Assembly (NCBI RefSeq): GCF_036971445.1
Contig: NC_091469.1
Coordinates: 482,546,001-482,610,000 of the forward strand
Length of the DNA stretch: 64,000 bases
Source: Narcine bancroftii
Lineage: Eukaryota
Direction: 5' to 3'
Shown here: positions 36,381 to 49,370 of the stretch, piece by piece
Numbering within the stretch: position 1 is the first letter of the stretch
How the letters are laid out: every line of letters starts with the position of its first letter
Made by a program: the position numbers and the translations under genes
The notes under the pieces: model-generated
Databases searched by the model: none
The model's input: only the letters and a program-made list of their open reading frames with translations
Told to the model about the DNA's origin: nothing

Positions 36381-36668
36381 TAAAGTTTCCTGAGTAGCCT
36401 TAGCAAATGTCCCTACCAGGATCCTTTTCCCCAGGAATTCAAGTGCAACCCGTCTGTTCTGTACAGGTCCCACCCCCACCCCCCCACCCCAAACTGAAAA
36501 GGTCCCAGTGATCCAGAATTTTAGCCACACATTCATCCTCCACCTCATTCTGTTCCTGTTCTCACCGTTTCTAGCTTCTCTCTTGTTGCTGCCTTTCATG
36601 GGGTCATACCTGGACTTCCTGTAGAGATGTGGGTCACCAGATTTCAATACCATTGATCTCACCTAGAT

Positions 36669-36848
36669 CAGCCATTCTCAACCTTTTTTTTGGCTTTGGC
36701 CCCCTTGGGACTCTGCTCAAGGATTATAGGCCCCCCTTCCCTGTGAAGGAGTCAAGTTTAGTTGGTTTCTTCCAAACTTCTCTCCTACCCACTATATAAT
36801 CAAAAAATATTTTATGATTACAGTCCTGGCCCCCGTTGAGAATGGCAG
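36669..36848. mobile_element. hAT-type MITE; related copies near 20120-20322 and 23510-23750
   Basis: TIR CAGCCATTCTCAAC...GTTGAGAATGGCAG; 8-bp TSD acctagat/atctagat. Confidence 0.78.
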
Positions 36849-37089
36849 ATCTAGATGGACTATTGGTAGAGCATTTGACAAGGTCCTTCATGGTTGGCTA
36901 ATCCAGTAGAATAGAACAAAGGGATGCAGTGATTTGGTGGACTGGATCCAAAACAGACTTGCCCATTGACTGGAAATCAGGAAGCAGTGATGTTCCAATG
37001 GGATCAGAGCTAGGACTTCTTGTTTGTGGATTTTTATAGGATTTGAATGAAACATGTACATGGACTGATTGACAAATTTGCAGATATAA

Positions 37090-39770
37090 CCATAGAACAC
37101 TACAGCACAGAAAACAGGCCATTTGGCCCTTCTAGTCTGTGCCAAGTGACCTGCATCCATTCCATAATCCTCTAGACCTTTCCCATATTTACCATCAGAT
37201 GGCAGCTCGTTCCACACTCCCACCACTCTCTGAGTTCTCCTAAGCCTTGCCCCTTTCACCCTAAAGCCACGTCCTCTTGTATTTATCTCTCCTAATCTAA
37301 GTGGAAAAAGCCTACTTGCATTTACTCTGTCGACACTTCTCATAATTTTGTAAACCTCTATCAAATCTATCTCCCCTAATTCTTCTATGCTCCAAGGAAT
37401 GGTCCTAGCCAGTTTAACCTTTTCCTGTAACTCAACTCCTGAAGACCCAGCAACATCCTAATAAATCTTCTCTGCACTCTTTCAATCTTATTGATATCCT
37501 TTCTGTAGTTTGGTGACCAGAACTGCACGCAATACTCCAAATTTGATCTCACCAATGTCTTATACAACCTCACAATAACATCCCAACTCCTGTATTCAAT
37601 ACTTTGATTTATGACGGCCAAGATGCCAAAAGCTTTCTTCACAACCACTTTGATGCCACTTTCAGGGAATTATGTATCTGAATTCCCAGATCCTTTTGGT
37701 CCTCCACACAACTCAGTGCCCTACCACTTACTGTGTATGACCTACCTTGGTTTTGTCCTTCCAAAATGCAACATCTCACACTTGTCTGCATTAATTTCCA
37801 TCTGCCACTTTCTGGCCCATTTTTCCAGTTGGTCCAGATCCCCTTGCAAACTTTGAAAGTCTTCTTCGCTCTCCACGACGCCTCCAATCCTAATGTCATC
37901 AGCAAACTTGCTGATCCAATGTACTACATTATCATCCAGATCATTGATATAGACAACAAACAACAATGGTCCCAGCACCGACCCCTGAGGCATGAGACTA
38001 GTCACAGGCCTCCAGTCTGAGAAGCAATTTTCCACTACCACTCTCTGTCTTCTCCCATTCAGCCATTTTCAAACCAGTTTGCAATCTTTCCATAGATACC
38101 CAGTGTCTGAACCACCCTCCCATGTGGGACCTTGTCAAAGACCTTGCTAAAGTCCACGTAGACAACATCCACAGCCTTTCCTTCATTTTTTCTTTCTTTG
38201 GCTTGGCTTCGCGGACGAAGATTTATGGAGGGGTAATGTCCACATCAGCTGCAGGCTCGTTTGTAGCGGACAAGTCCGATGAGGGACAGGCAGACACGGT
38301 TGCAGGGGAAAATTGGTTGGTTGGGGTTGGGTGTTGGGTTTTTCCTCCTTTGTCTTTTGTCAGTGAGGTGGGCTCTGCAGTCTTCTTCAAAGGAGGTTGC
38401 TGTCCGCCGAACTGTGAGGCGCCAAGATGCACGGTTTGAGGCGATATCAGCCCACTGGCGGTGGTCAACGTGGCAGGCACCAAGCGATTTCTTTAGGCAG
38501 TCCTTTTACCTCTTCTTTGGTGTACCTCTGTCTTGGTGGCCAGTGGAGAGCTCGCCATATAACACGATCTTGGGAAGGTGATGGTCCTCCATTCTGGAGA
38601 CGTGAGCTACCCAGCGCAGTGTGGATTTGATGCTGTCGGCCTCTGCCATCTCAAGTACTTCGACGTTGGAGATGAAGTCGCTCCAATGAATGTTGAGGAT
38701 GGAGCGGAGACAACGCTGGTGGAAGTGTTCTAGGAGCCGTAGGTGGTGCCGGTAGAGGACCCATGATTCGGAGCCGAACAGGAGTGTGGGTATGACAACG
38801 GCTCTATATACGCTCATCTTTGTGAGGTTTTTCAGTTGGTTATTTTTCCAGACTCTTTTGTGTAGTCTTCCAAAGGCGCTATTTGCCTTGGCAAGTCTGT
38901 TGTCTATCTTGTTGTCGATCCTTGCATCCGATGAAATGGTGCAGTCGAGATAGGTAAACTGGTTGACCGTTTTGAGTTTTGTGTGCCCGATGGAGATATG
39001 GGGGGGCTGGTAATCATGGTGGGGAGCTGGCTGATGGAGGACCTCAGTTTTCTTCAGGCTGACTTCCAGGCCAAACATTTTGGCAGTTTCCGCAAAACAG
39101 GACGTCAAGCGCTGAAGAGCTGGCTCTGAATGGGCAACTAAAGCGGCATCGTCTGCAAAGAGTAGTTCACGGACAAGTTGCTCTTGTGTCTTGGTGTGAG
39201 CTTGCAGGCGCCTCAGATTGAAGAGACTGCCATCCGTGCGGTACTGGATGTAAACAGCGTCTTCATTGTTGAGGTCTTTCTTGGCTTGGTTCAGCATCAT
39301 GCTGAAGAAGATTGAAAAGAGGGTTGGTGCGAGAACACAGCCTTGCTTCACGCCATTGTTAATGGAGAAGGGTTCAGAGAGCTCATTGCTGTATCTGATC
39401 CGATTGTTGGTTTTCGTGCAGTTGGATAACCATGTTGAGGAACTTTGGGGGGCATCCAAGGAGCTCTACTTTCTCGGTAACCTCCTTGTAAGAGTCTATA
39501 AGATTCATTAAACATGACCTACCGCGCATAAAGCCATGTTGACTATCCTTTAATCAGCCTTAGGGTCTCCAAATATTGTATATCTGATTTCTCAGGACAC
39601 CTTCCAATAATTTACCGACTACTGATGCCAGGCTCACCAGTCAATAATTTCCAAGTTTACTTTTGGAGTCTTTTTTAAACAACTGAACATGAGTTACCCT
39701 CCAATCCATCAGCATCTCACCCGTGGATAAGGATGTTTTAAATATTTCTGCCAGGGCCCCTGCAATTTCT
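37090..39770 (-). mobile_element. CR1-type LINE RT region, split by an RTE insertion
   Basis: [24 protein letters not shown] and [10 protein letters not shown]; continues at 39460-39770 (FKKDSKSKLGNY). Confidence 0.88.
38186..39465 (-). mobile_element. RTE-clade (BovB-like) LINE, 5'-truncated, relatively intact
   Basis: 317-aa ORF 38506..39459: GVKQGCVLAPTLFSIFF..ELLFADDAAL..FGLEVSLKKTEV..RLAKANSAFGRL..LPKIVLYGEL. 3' tail gccaagccaaagaaagaaaaa. Confidence 0.9.
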
Positions 39771-40649
39771 GACATAAAATTGTGGATGGAAAAGGTTGTC
39801 AAAGGATTCAGCAGGTTATTGATGAGTAAGGTTCTCAAAGATTATGGGGAGAAGGCAGGAGAATGTAGCTGAGCGAAAAGTGTTAAAGCATATAAATCCT
39901 GGAGGAACTCTGCCAGTCTCCATAGGAGGTCAAGATATGTAACCGATGTTTCAGACCTGAGCCTTTCTTCAAGTACATCAGTCATGATTTGAATGGCGGA
40001 GTAGGCTTAGGCTTAAAGGTTCCTATGTCCAATTGATAAAGATCTGCAGGGGATGAAAGCTGAGAAATGGCATACGGTGTTTAATTTGGACCTGCGCGAG
40101 ATGTTGCATTTCAGAAGATGAATGCAAAGGTAAATGGGAGAATCCTTTGGAGCAGTGATCTACAAAGAGATCATGGGATGCAGGTCCACATGTCCTGAGC
40201 GTGGACACAATTAGATAGGGTGTAAAGAAGGCACATCCCACACTTGCAGTCATTGGTTGGGGTTGGGTAGTGAGTATAAAATTGGGAAGTCACATTGCAC
40301 CTATCTCAAACATAGGGTAGATGGTCTTTTTCCAGGATTTAAACGTTAAATAGTACACGGCATGGTGTTAGGTGCCATAACGTGCTGTGAGGAAGGAGGG
40401 TGGTGGAAGCAGATATGATTTTGATTGACAGTTAGAGGTACATTGACAGGGATAAAGAGGTTTGCATCAAGTGCAGCCAGATGAAATTTGTTGAACTTGG
40501 CCTCCTGGTTGGCCATGACATGGAGGAACAGAGACACAGGGGACTGAAGTCACACTTACTACTACTTTCATCAAAGGGTCCAATTTATAATTGGACCCCT
40601 ACATAATCAACGTACGATTGCCATATCTTAATGAATATGTCATATTTAA

Positions 40650-42400
40650 CCATATAACCATTTACGGCACAGAAATAGGCTAGTTTGGCCCTACTAGTCC
40701 GTGCTGAACATCATTTCCCACCTAGTCCCACTGACTCACATTTGGCCCATAACCCTCCACTCCTCTCCCGTCCATATACCTACCCAACCTATCCTTGAAT
40801 ATTAACATTGATCTCGCTTCTACCACCACCACCCTCTGCGTGAAGAAATTCCCCCTTATATTTCCCTTAAACTTTTCCCCTTTTACTCTCAATCTATGCT
40901 CTCTTGTTTAAATCTCCCCCACTCTCAGTGGAAAAAGCCTGTCCACATTTGACTCTATCCGTCCCTCTTATAATTTTGAATACCTCTGTCAAATCACCCC
41001 TCAACCTTCTACAATCTAGAGAATAAAGTCCCAGGCTGCTCAACCATTCCCTGTAACTCAAACTCTGAAACCCCGGCAACATTTTCGTAAACCTCCTCTG
41101 CACTCCTTTCTACACAATATCCTTCCTGTAATTCAGTGACCGAAACTGCACACAATATTCCAAATTTGGCCTCACCAATGATTGTACAATTTCAACATAA
41201 CATCCCAACTCCTGTGTTCTATTCTCTGAATTATGAAAGCCAACATACGAAATGCCTTCTTCACCACCCTATCCACATGTGGTTCAACTTTAAGAGAATT
41301 ATGTACCATGGCTCCTAAATCCCTTTATTCCACTGCACTCCTCAATTGTCTACCAATTAACATAGATGTCCTATTTTGATTAGTCCTACCAAAATGTAGC
41401 ACCTCACATTTATCAGTATTAAACTGTCTTTCAGCCCAATGTCCTATATCACCCTGTAAGCTTTGATAATCTTCCTCGCTGTCCACAACACCACCAACCT
41501 TTGTATCATCTGCAATTTTCCACCCAATCATCTAGATCGTTAATATATATGACAAACAGCAGTGGACCTAGTACCAATCCCTGAGGCACTGCACTCGTCA
41601 CCGGCCTCCAATTTGACAAACAATTTTCCACCACTATCCTCTGGCATCTCCCATCCAACCATTGCTGAATCCATTTCACTACTTCATCATTAATGCCTAA
41701 CGCTTCCTCCTTCCTTACTACCCTCTTATGGGAATCTTATCAAAAGCCTTACTAAAGTCCAAATAGACAACATCCACCGCCTTCCCCATCCACCTTTTTA
41801 GTAACCTCCTCGAAAAACTCTATAAGATTTGTTAAACATGGTCTACCATATACAAAACCATGCTGACTACTCCAAATCAATCCCTGCCTTTCCAAATAGT
41901 TGTATATACCATCTCTAAGAACACTTTCCATTAATTTACTCACCACCGACGTCAGACTTACAGGCCTATAATTAATTACCAGGTCTACTTTTGGATCCTT
42001 TTTTGAACAGCGGAACAACATGAGCCATGCTCCAGTCCTCCGGCACTTCCTCCATGGCCAGTGACATTTTAAATATTTCTGTCAACGACCCTAATATTTG
42101 TTCACTAACCTCCCTCAGGGTCCAAGGGAATATTTTGTCAGGACCTGGAGATTTATCCACCTTGATCTTTTTCAATATAGCTAACACTACCTCCTCATTA
42201 ATTCTTATATTGTCCATGAGCTCCCTACCATATTTCTTAGTAAATATTGAAGAAAAAAAATTGTTTAAAATTTCACCCATCTCCTCCAGCTTCTCGCAGA
42301 GTATACCCCCCCTCATCTTCAAGGGGTCCAGTTTTATCCCTTCCTATTATTCCACTTTCAATGTACCTTTAGAAACCCTTTGAATTTATTTTTATTTTTT
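40650..42400 (-). mobile_element. CR1-type LINE fragment
   Basis: [49 protein letters not shown]. Confidence 0.9.
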
Positions 42401-42409
42401 CTGCCATGG

Positions 42410-45400
42410 GTATATAACTATGTAACTCCGAGGCCCACTGAGAAATAAGAAGGGGACAGTCGGATTTCCCAGTGATTGCTATACACTTCTTGGTCAGAGC
42501 TACTTTAAGAAAGTGAATTTGAAATTTACTCACATTCTTAAGGTTGCCCAGATGTACAGCTCTACATCACATGGGAAAGACACTCCTGTTACACTTGTTA
42601 TTGTTTCAGCGATATCATACCAGAATGGTCTTACCTTTGCACATGACTAGGTAGAATATAAAAAGGTTCCAATTTCAACGTCACATCTGAAGCACATTTT
42701 GGATATTTCAGATTTTGATTTATGCAGTTTTTGTTGCGTGAGATATAATTTATGTAAAAAAAATTGATTGGAACTAGTCCATATCTCGCATTGATCTTTG
42801 CTGTCATACTATCCAAACACCAATCAGGCCAATGCTCCTCTGGTATTTTAATACCCAGGTCCAACTCCCATCTCTCTCGGCCTTTGTAGGCTCAGCTTAG
42901 CACTTCCGCCTTGGAGAACAAAATACATTCAGGTTATAAATTTAGGTCTATTTCCCAGCCTAACCATCCCTTTCACTTCATTTCTTGAAGGCGGGACCAT
43001 TGTGACACCCCATCTTTCTTGAAAGAAAGCAGTGGAAGGTTCTATTTAATGTCATATTTCTGTTTTCGTTGTTCAAAGGGCATAAGTCGCCTTTCCTCAT
43101 AACAGTCTTCCATATGCCTAATTCCTTTTTCATACCAAGTATTCTGAATTTTATTACCCAAATTCATGGACAAAAAATTCATTCTGGCACAGAGGTGCTT
43201 TTGGTGCTGTCCCCACTTTTCCCCCCCAATACTTTCATTAATCTCATGCCAAATTTTGATCATATGTATTAAAATAGGGCTATCCATTTTTAAAAATTAA
43301 CATTCCATTTGTAAATAAAATCCTTTGCTGCCCCCTCCCTCACTGTATGCAATCCTATTTGGATCCATGAGGGAGAGCTCTCTTCTTAAAAAAAGGATGA
43401 AAGGAACCTTGCCTGGGCTCCGAGATATATTTTTTAAAAAAATCCTGCAGTCTTAATCCCCCCCAATTTATATTCCCTCATCAATTTCTCCTAAATCCTA
43501 GGCACTTTATTTATTCCAAAGAAATTGACATGACCATTGAGTATCTTAAAAAAATTCCGAGCCAAGAGAATAGGAGCAACTGGAAGAGGTATTGCAGTCT
43601 CGGCATCACTTTCATTTCCACACAATTAACACTCCTGACTAAAGTAATAGGCAAGTTCTTCCATTTTCATAAATCATCTTCTATATTTCCAAGTCTGTAT
43701 AAATTATGAAAGTTATTATCTAACGTTATTCCTAAATATTTAATTCCTTCCAATTTCCATTTAAACCGACTTCCTTTTTGGTTATCTTTCATAATCAAAA
43801 TTTGTTAATAGCATAATTTCATTTTTTTCCAAATTAATTTTGTAACCAGAAGCTCTTCCATATTTCTCCAGTGTGGTTTGTCATTTGGCCAAAGACTCCT
43901 TGGGGTCTGATAAATACAACAGCACATCATCTGCAAACAAATAGATTTATGCTCTTCCTGGTCAACTTTGAATCCCTTTATGTCAGGATCCATCCTTATA
44001 GCCTCTGCTAATGGTTTAATCACCAAAACAAAGAGAGCTGGAGACAGTGGGCACCCCTGTCTGCTGGATCTACTCAAAGGAAACATCATTGCCATCTGAC
44101 CATTAGTTATAATTTTGGCCCGTGGCTTTATGATAAAGGGTTGTTATCCAAATAATAAATACTCAGCCCATTCCAAACTCTTCTAATACTTTGAATAGAA
44201 ACAGCCATTCTAATTGATCAAATGCTTTTTCTGCATCCAAAGATACAGTTATACCAGGTTCACTTAGACTTAGCCAGATGAATTATATTGAATAATCTGC
44301 CCAAATTGTCTGCAGAGTGTCTTTTTTTGAAACAAAGCCTACCTGATCCAGATTTATCAATTTAGATAAATATTGCCCTGAACTATTAGCCAGAATCTTG
44401 TAATCTGCATTTAATAGGGAAATGGGTCTATATGCGGATGGTTTTAATAGATTTTTTTTTGGTAGGACCATGATAATAGCTGTTGAGAAGGATTCCGGGA
44501 GAGTCTGGGTCTCAACTGCTTGTCATAATAAGAGGCATCAAAAGATCTTTGAGTTGTCTATAAAACTCGGGTGGAAAACCATCTTTTTGCCTGTAATGTA
44601 TTCAAGGCTTTTTCCAATCTCTTCTCTAGTCAAGGGGGCATCCAATTCCATGCGATCTTTATTGTCCAATTTTGGCAATTCAATCGATGAGAGAAATTCA
44701 TCTCTCTCTATCGAGCCTGACTTGTACAATTTTGTATAATATTGTTTAAAAGCATCATTAATTTCTTTCAGATTATGTTAATTTGTCAGACTCTGCTTGA
44801 TTTCATTAATCATCCTTGATGTCTCTTCAGCCTTTAATTGCCACGACAGAACTTTTTGTGCTCTCTCCCAATTCATAATATGTTTGTTTTGATTTTAAAA
44901 TAATTCTTTCTGTTTTAAATGTTTGTAATGTATTATATTTCAGTTTTTACATTTTTTTTCCAAGATCTCATATTTATCTTTTGAACCCGATATCTGGTAC
45001 TCTTTTTCCAGCTCTGTTATTTCTGTCTCCAGACCATTAAGCTCTGTCGTATGTTCCTTTTAGTATATGAAATTATCTGTCCCTTTAAATAAGTCTTGAG
45101 TGTATCCCATATTTAAAAAAAATTATTAGAAGAGGGGAAATTCCTTTTGCAAAACAATTACAGAAATCTGTCCTTCTCAACAGTGTAGGTTTAAGACGCC
45201 ATCTGTAGACACTCTCTTGTTTCTCTGGTATCAGTATCATTAAGGTCAGCAGGTACTTCATTTCAACCATTCTGTTTTCCAATTGTGCAGACATTTAAAA
45301 AGAGATCAATTCTCGTATAAGAATCATGAACCTATGAGTAGAATCAGAAATCTCTAATTCTGGGGTGTGTCTGTCTCCATTTATCTATCAAATTTAAATC

Positions 45401-47460
45401 CTTCATAAAAGATAAAGTAACTTTTGCAGCTTTTATCACCGTCTTTGGTGGATTTATCAAGGATGGGATCTAAGAAAAAATTAAAATCTCCCCTAACCAA
45501 TATATTTTGTCTTCCTTTCACTGCTTTTAAGAAGACTCTCTGCATAAAAGATTCATTATCAAAATTCGGACCATAAATATTCAGAAGCATCCTGGATTCT
45601 GCGTATATCCGGTAATGTGCCATTACAAATCTTCCCACCGAATCAATGGATGTGTCCTCAACCAACACCGGAATATTTTTATTAATTAAAATTGCCACCC
45701 CTCTTGCTTTGGAGTTGAAAGAAGACAAAATGTCCTGTCCCACCCTGTCCCTTTTTAATTTATTATGTTCCAATTTTGTAAAGTGTGTTTCCTGTAAGAA
45801 AACTATGTCCACCTTTAATTTTTTCAAGTGTGCCCAAACTCTCCTCCTTTTTATGGGTCCATTTCAACCATTAACATTATAGACTCATACATTTTTAACA
45901 TTTTACTCATATTCATAGTTGTACATATCAAGCTCTGCCCATATGACCCTTCTGCTGATTCATATAGTACGATTTTTCCTCTTCTAAAAAAGATGCAATG
46001 CCCTGCACTGAACGTGACGTAAACTAGAAATCGGCGATAAAAGCCCGCGGTACTATCTAAAAGAAAACCCCTCCCTTGAACTTCAGTGCCATTTTGTAAA
46101 AATTTCCCTTCCCCAATGTCATTAACCCTGTTAAATCGGGGTATCTGCCCTGCTACTATTTTACTAGGTATTCACGCTCTCCCGAGCTCCCCTTGTATAT
46201 TTCAACACAATTTTATTGAACCAATAAAAGACTATTCAAAATATAACTCTTGTAGCGGCCTGCTAACTGGGATGCAACCCGGTACACAAGATGGCTGGCG
46301 ACTGCGTGGACCCCATGTGGGCCAGAAAACTTCGTCCCTGCATGGTGGGAAACAACAATGAACAGCGGGAACACCGACCAATCCGAGGCCAGCGCTGCTG
46401 TGACGTCATTCCACTCATCAGCAGTGGGAAGAGAATATAAGCAGAGCTGCCAGTCCAATAAAAGCCAGTCTTTGACCTCTTGGGTGTGTGTTTCATTCTT
46501 TCCACACTTCGCCGTAGCGCACGCTACACTCTTTTTACTTTTACCTAGATTTTTAACTTCACTTTGTCTTTATCTGGAATCCATTCTGAGGTCCCTTTTA
46601 TAATCCTTGTATATATCTCTCCACCTCCTTCAGAGATTTACAGAATTTTTGAGGTACCTCTGATGCTTCGATCCTCAACATCACTGGATGTAGCATAGAG
46701 TACTTTATATCTGCAGATGTCACTTTGATGCCATCAAATTCCTTTCTTTGCTAAACCAAGTTCGCACCAAGGTCTTGAAAAAAACTGCACTTTTCCACAT
46801 ACCACCCGACTGGGTCTCTATTTTCCCTGGCCTATTCGAGTGTTGCCTCCTGATTCCAATAACTCAAAAATCTTACCAGGACCAGTCGTGGTCTTTGATC
46901 ATCCAGTTTTTCTGGGGCCAATGGTCTGGAGGGCTCCCTCAATGAGCAGGTTTTCTTTGAATCTTCCTGTTCCAACACTTGTGGAATCCATTCCTCAAAG
47001 AACCCCACCGGGTCCTTCCCTTCAGTCCCTTCTTTTAGCCCGATGATACTGACATTATTCCTTCTACTGAAATTCTCCATATGATTGATGTTATGTAGCA
47101 GCAGTTGTTTTTCCAGTTTTCATGCCTTTCTAGGGCCTTCAGGTTTTCATTTTCCACCTGGTCTACCCTGGTCATCAGGTTTTCAAGCGCCGTCACCATC
47201 ACTGATATTTTGTCTGCCACTTCTCGCAGCACATTTTCTACCTTAGAAAATTGTCCACTCAAAGTCTCCATATTTTCCAGCAAATTTTGTAGATTGGGTG
47301 TTGATTTGAGTCTGCTCCTACATCATGGCGGCACCTTCTTCACCACTCCCTTGTGGACTTTCTGCCGAGGATCTCAGCAACTTTTCAACTTCTTCAGCCC
47401 TAGTTTTTTGGGTCTTATTTTTCCTTACCCAACATTTTCTATTTTTAGCACGTAAAATCT
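42410..47460 (-). mobile_element. Near full-length degenerate L1-clade LINE (ORF1 and ORF2)
   Basis: ORF1: coiled coil and ENFSRRNNVSIIGLKEG..PRLVLVRF. Endonuclease: DIVFLQETH..KARGVAILI..NIYGPN..GDFNF. RT: YRPISLLNADYKIL, RQGCPLSPALF. C-terminal Cys-rich region near 42650. Confidence 0.9.
46251..46528 (+). mobile_element. Solo LTR (278 bp) inserted between L1 ORF1 and ORF2
   Basis: Perfect inverted ends TGTAGCG...CGCTACA; 4-bp TSD CTCT; contains CAAGATGGC, TGACGTCA, TATAAG and AATAAA in the same order as the LTR at 1185-1483. Confidence 0.88.
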
Positions 47461-47549
47461 TTAATCTGGTAACTTTGAATTGTCTTTTTAATCACTCTTC
47501 ATGGAGAGTTCTTCTAACGCACATCTGACTAGATCCTTAGCATGGCCAG

Positions 47550-49090
47550 GCCCCCTGCCTTCATGTTCTTGCCACCAAAGTGGATAACCTCACATTTATT
47601 CACATTAAACTGCATATGCCATGCATCTGCTCACTCACCCAACCTGTCCAAGTCAACTTCCTCACATTTCACACTGCCACCCACCTTTGTGACATCTGCA
47701 AATTTGCTAAAGTTATTTTTTTAATCCCTTCATCTAAATATTCAATGTAAATAGCTACAGTCCCAGCAACGAGCCTTGCGGTACCTCACTAGTCACTGCC
47801 TGCCATTCTGAAAGGAACCCATTAATCCGTTTCTTGTCTGCCAACTATTTTCTATTCATGTCAGTACCCTACCCCCAATACCATGTGCTCTAATTTTGCC
47901 CACTAATCTCCTATGTGGGACCTTATCAAAAGCTTTCTGAAAGACCTGGTACACTACATCCATTGGCTCTCCCTTGTCCATTTTCAAAGATACATCCTCA
48001 AAAATTTCCAGAAGATTAGTCAAGTATGATTTATTTCCCCTTGGTAAATTCATGCTGACTCGGATCGATCCTGCTACTGCTATCCAAATGTTTCATCTTT
48101 TATATTTGACTTCAGCATCTTCCCCACCACTGATGTCAGACTAACTGGTCTATAATTCTGTCTTCTCTCTCCCTCCTTTCTTAAAAAGTGGGATAACATC
48201 AGCTACCCTCCAATCCGCAGGAACTGATCCTGAATCTATCAGACATTGGAAAATGATTACCAATGCGTCTAGAGCCACTTTAAGTACCCTGGGATGCAGA
48301 CCATCAGGCTCTGGGGATGTTTTTTAGCCTTCAGCCCCAATAGTCTACTCAACACCATTTGCTGCTTAATGCAAATTTCCTTCAGTTCCTCCATTACCCT
48401 ACATCCTCTGTCCACTATTACACATGGAAGTTTGTTTGTGTCTTCTCTAGTGAAGACAGATCTAAAGTGCCTGTTCAACTTGTCTGCCACTTCCTTGTTG
48501 CCCATAATAATTTCACCCATTTATGCCTTCAAGGGCCCACTAATTTTTTCCTCTTCACATACTTATCCTCCTTTATATTCTTGGCTACCTTACCTTTGAA
48601 GCTCATCTTTTCTCCCTGTATTGCCTTTTTAGTTCTCTTCAGTTGCTCTTTCTCAATCCTCTTTGCTGTTATACTTCTCTTTTATTTATATACTGTCCTT
48701 GACGACCCTTCTCAGCCACAGTCACCTTTATTCTCCTTAGAATCCTTCTTTCTCTTTGGAATGAACTGATCCGGCACCTTCTGTATTATTGCCTGAAATA
48801 CCTGCCACTGTTGTTCCACTGTCATCCCTGCTTGGGTATTTTTCCAGTAAAGTTTGGCCAGCTTCTCCCTCATGGCCCAATAATCCCCTTTGTTTAACTG
48901 TAATATTGACACTTCTGATTTTCCCTTCTCCCTCTCAAATTGCAAATTAAAACATCATATTATGGTCATTACCTCCTAAAGGCTCCTTTACCTCGAGTTC
49001 CCTTATCAAATCTGGTTCATTACACACTAAATCCAAAATTGTATTCTCCCTGACAGGCTCTAGTACAAGCTGCTCGAAGAATCCATCTCT
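47550..49090 (-). mobile_element. CR1-type LINE fragment
   Basis: LTNLLEIFEDV..FQKAFDKVPHRRL; ADKLNRHFRSVFT. Confidence 0.85.
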
Positions 49091-49370
49091 TAACACTACC
49101 ACCGTCCCTCCATCTTAATGTAACACTACCCATAACCCTCTCAAACTGACTGTAATACTACACCCGTCCCTCCCTGACTCAGTGTAACACTACCCGACCC
49201 TCTCAAACTTACTGCAACACTAGACCCATCCCTCCCTGACTCAGTGTAAGACTATACCTGTCCCTCTCTGACTTACTGTAACTGTACATCCATCCCTCTG
49301 ACTTAGTGTTACACTACACCCATTCCTCTGTCTTACTGTAACATTACAATTCTTCACTTTTGTACTACTG
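49091..49370. repeat. Degenerate minisatellite, ~36-37 bp unit, ~7 copies
   Basis: Recurrent gtaacactacacccgtccctccctgactcagt-like units. Confidence 0.8.
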
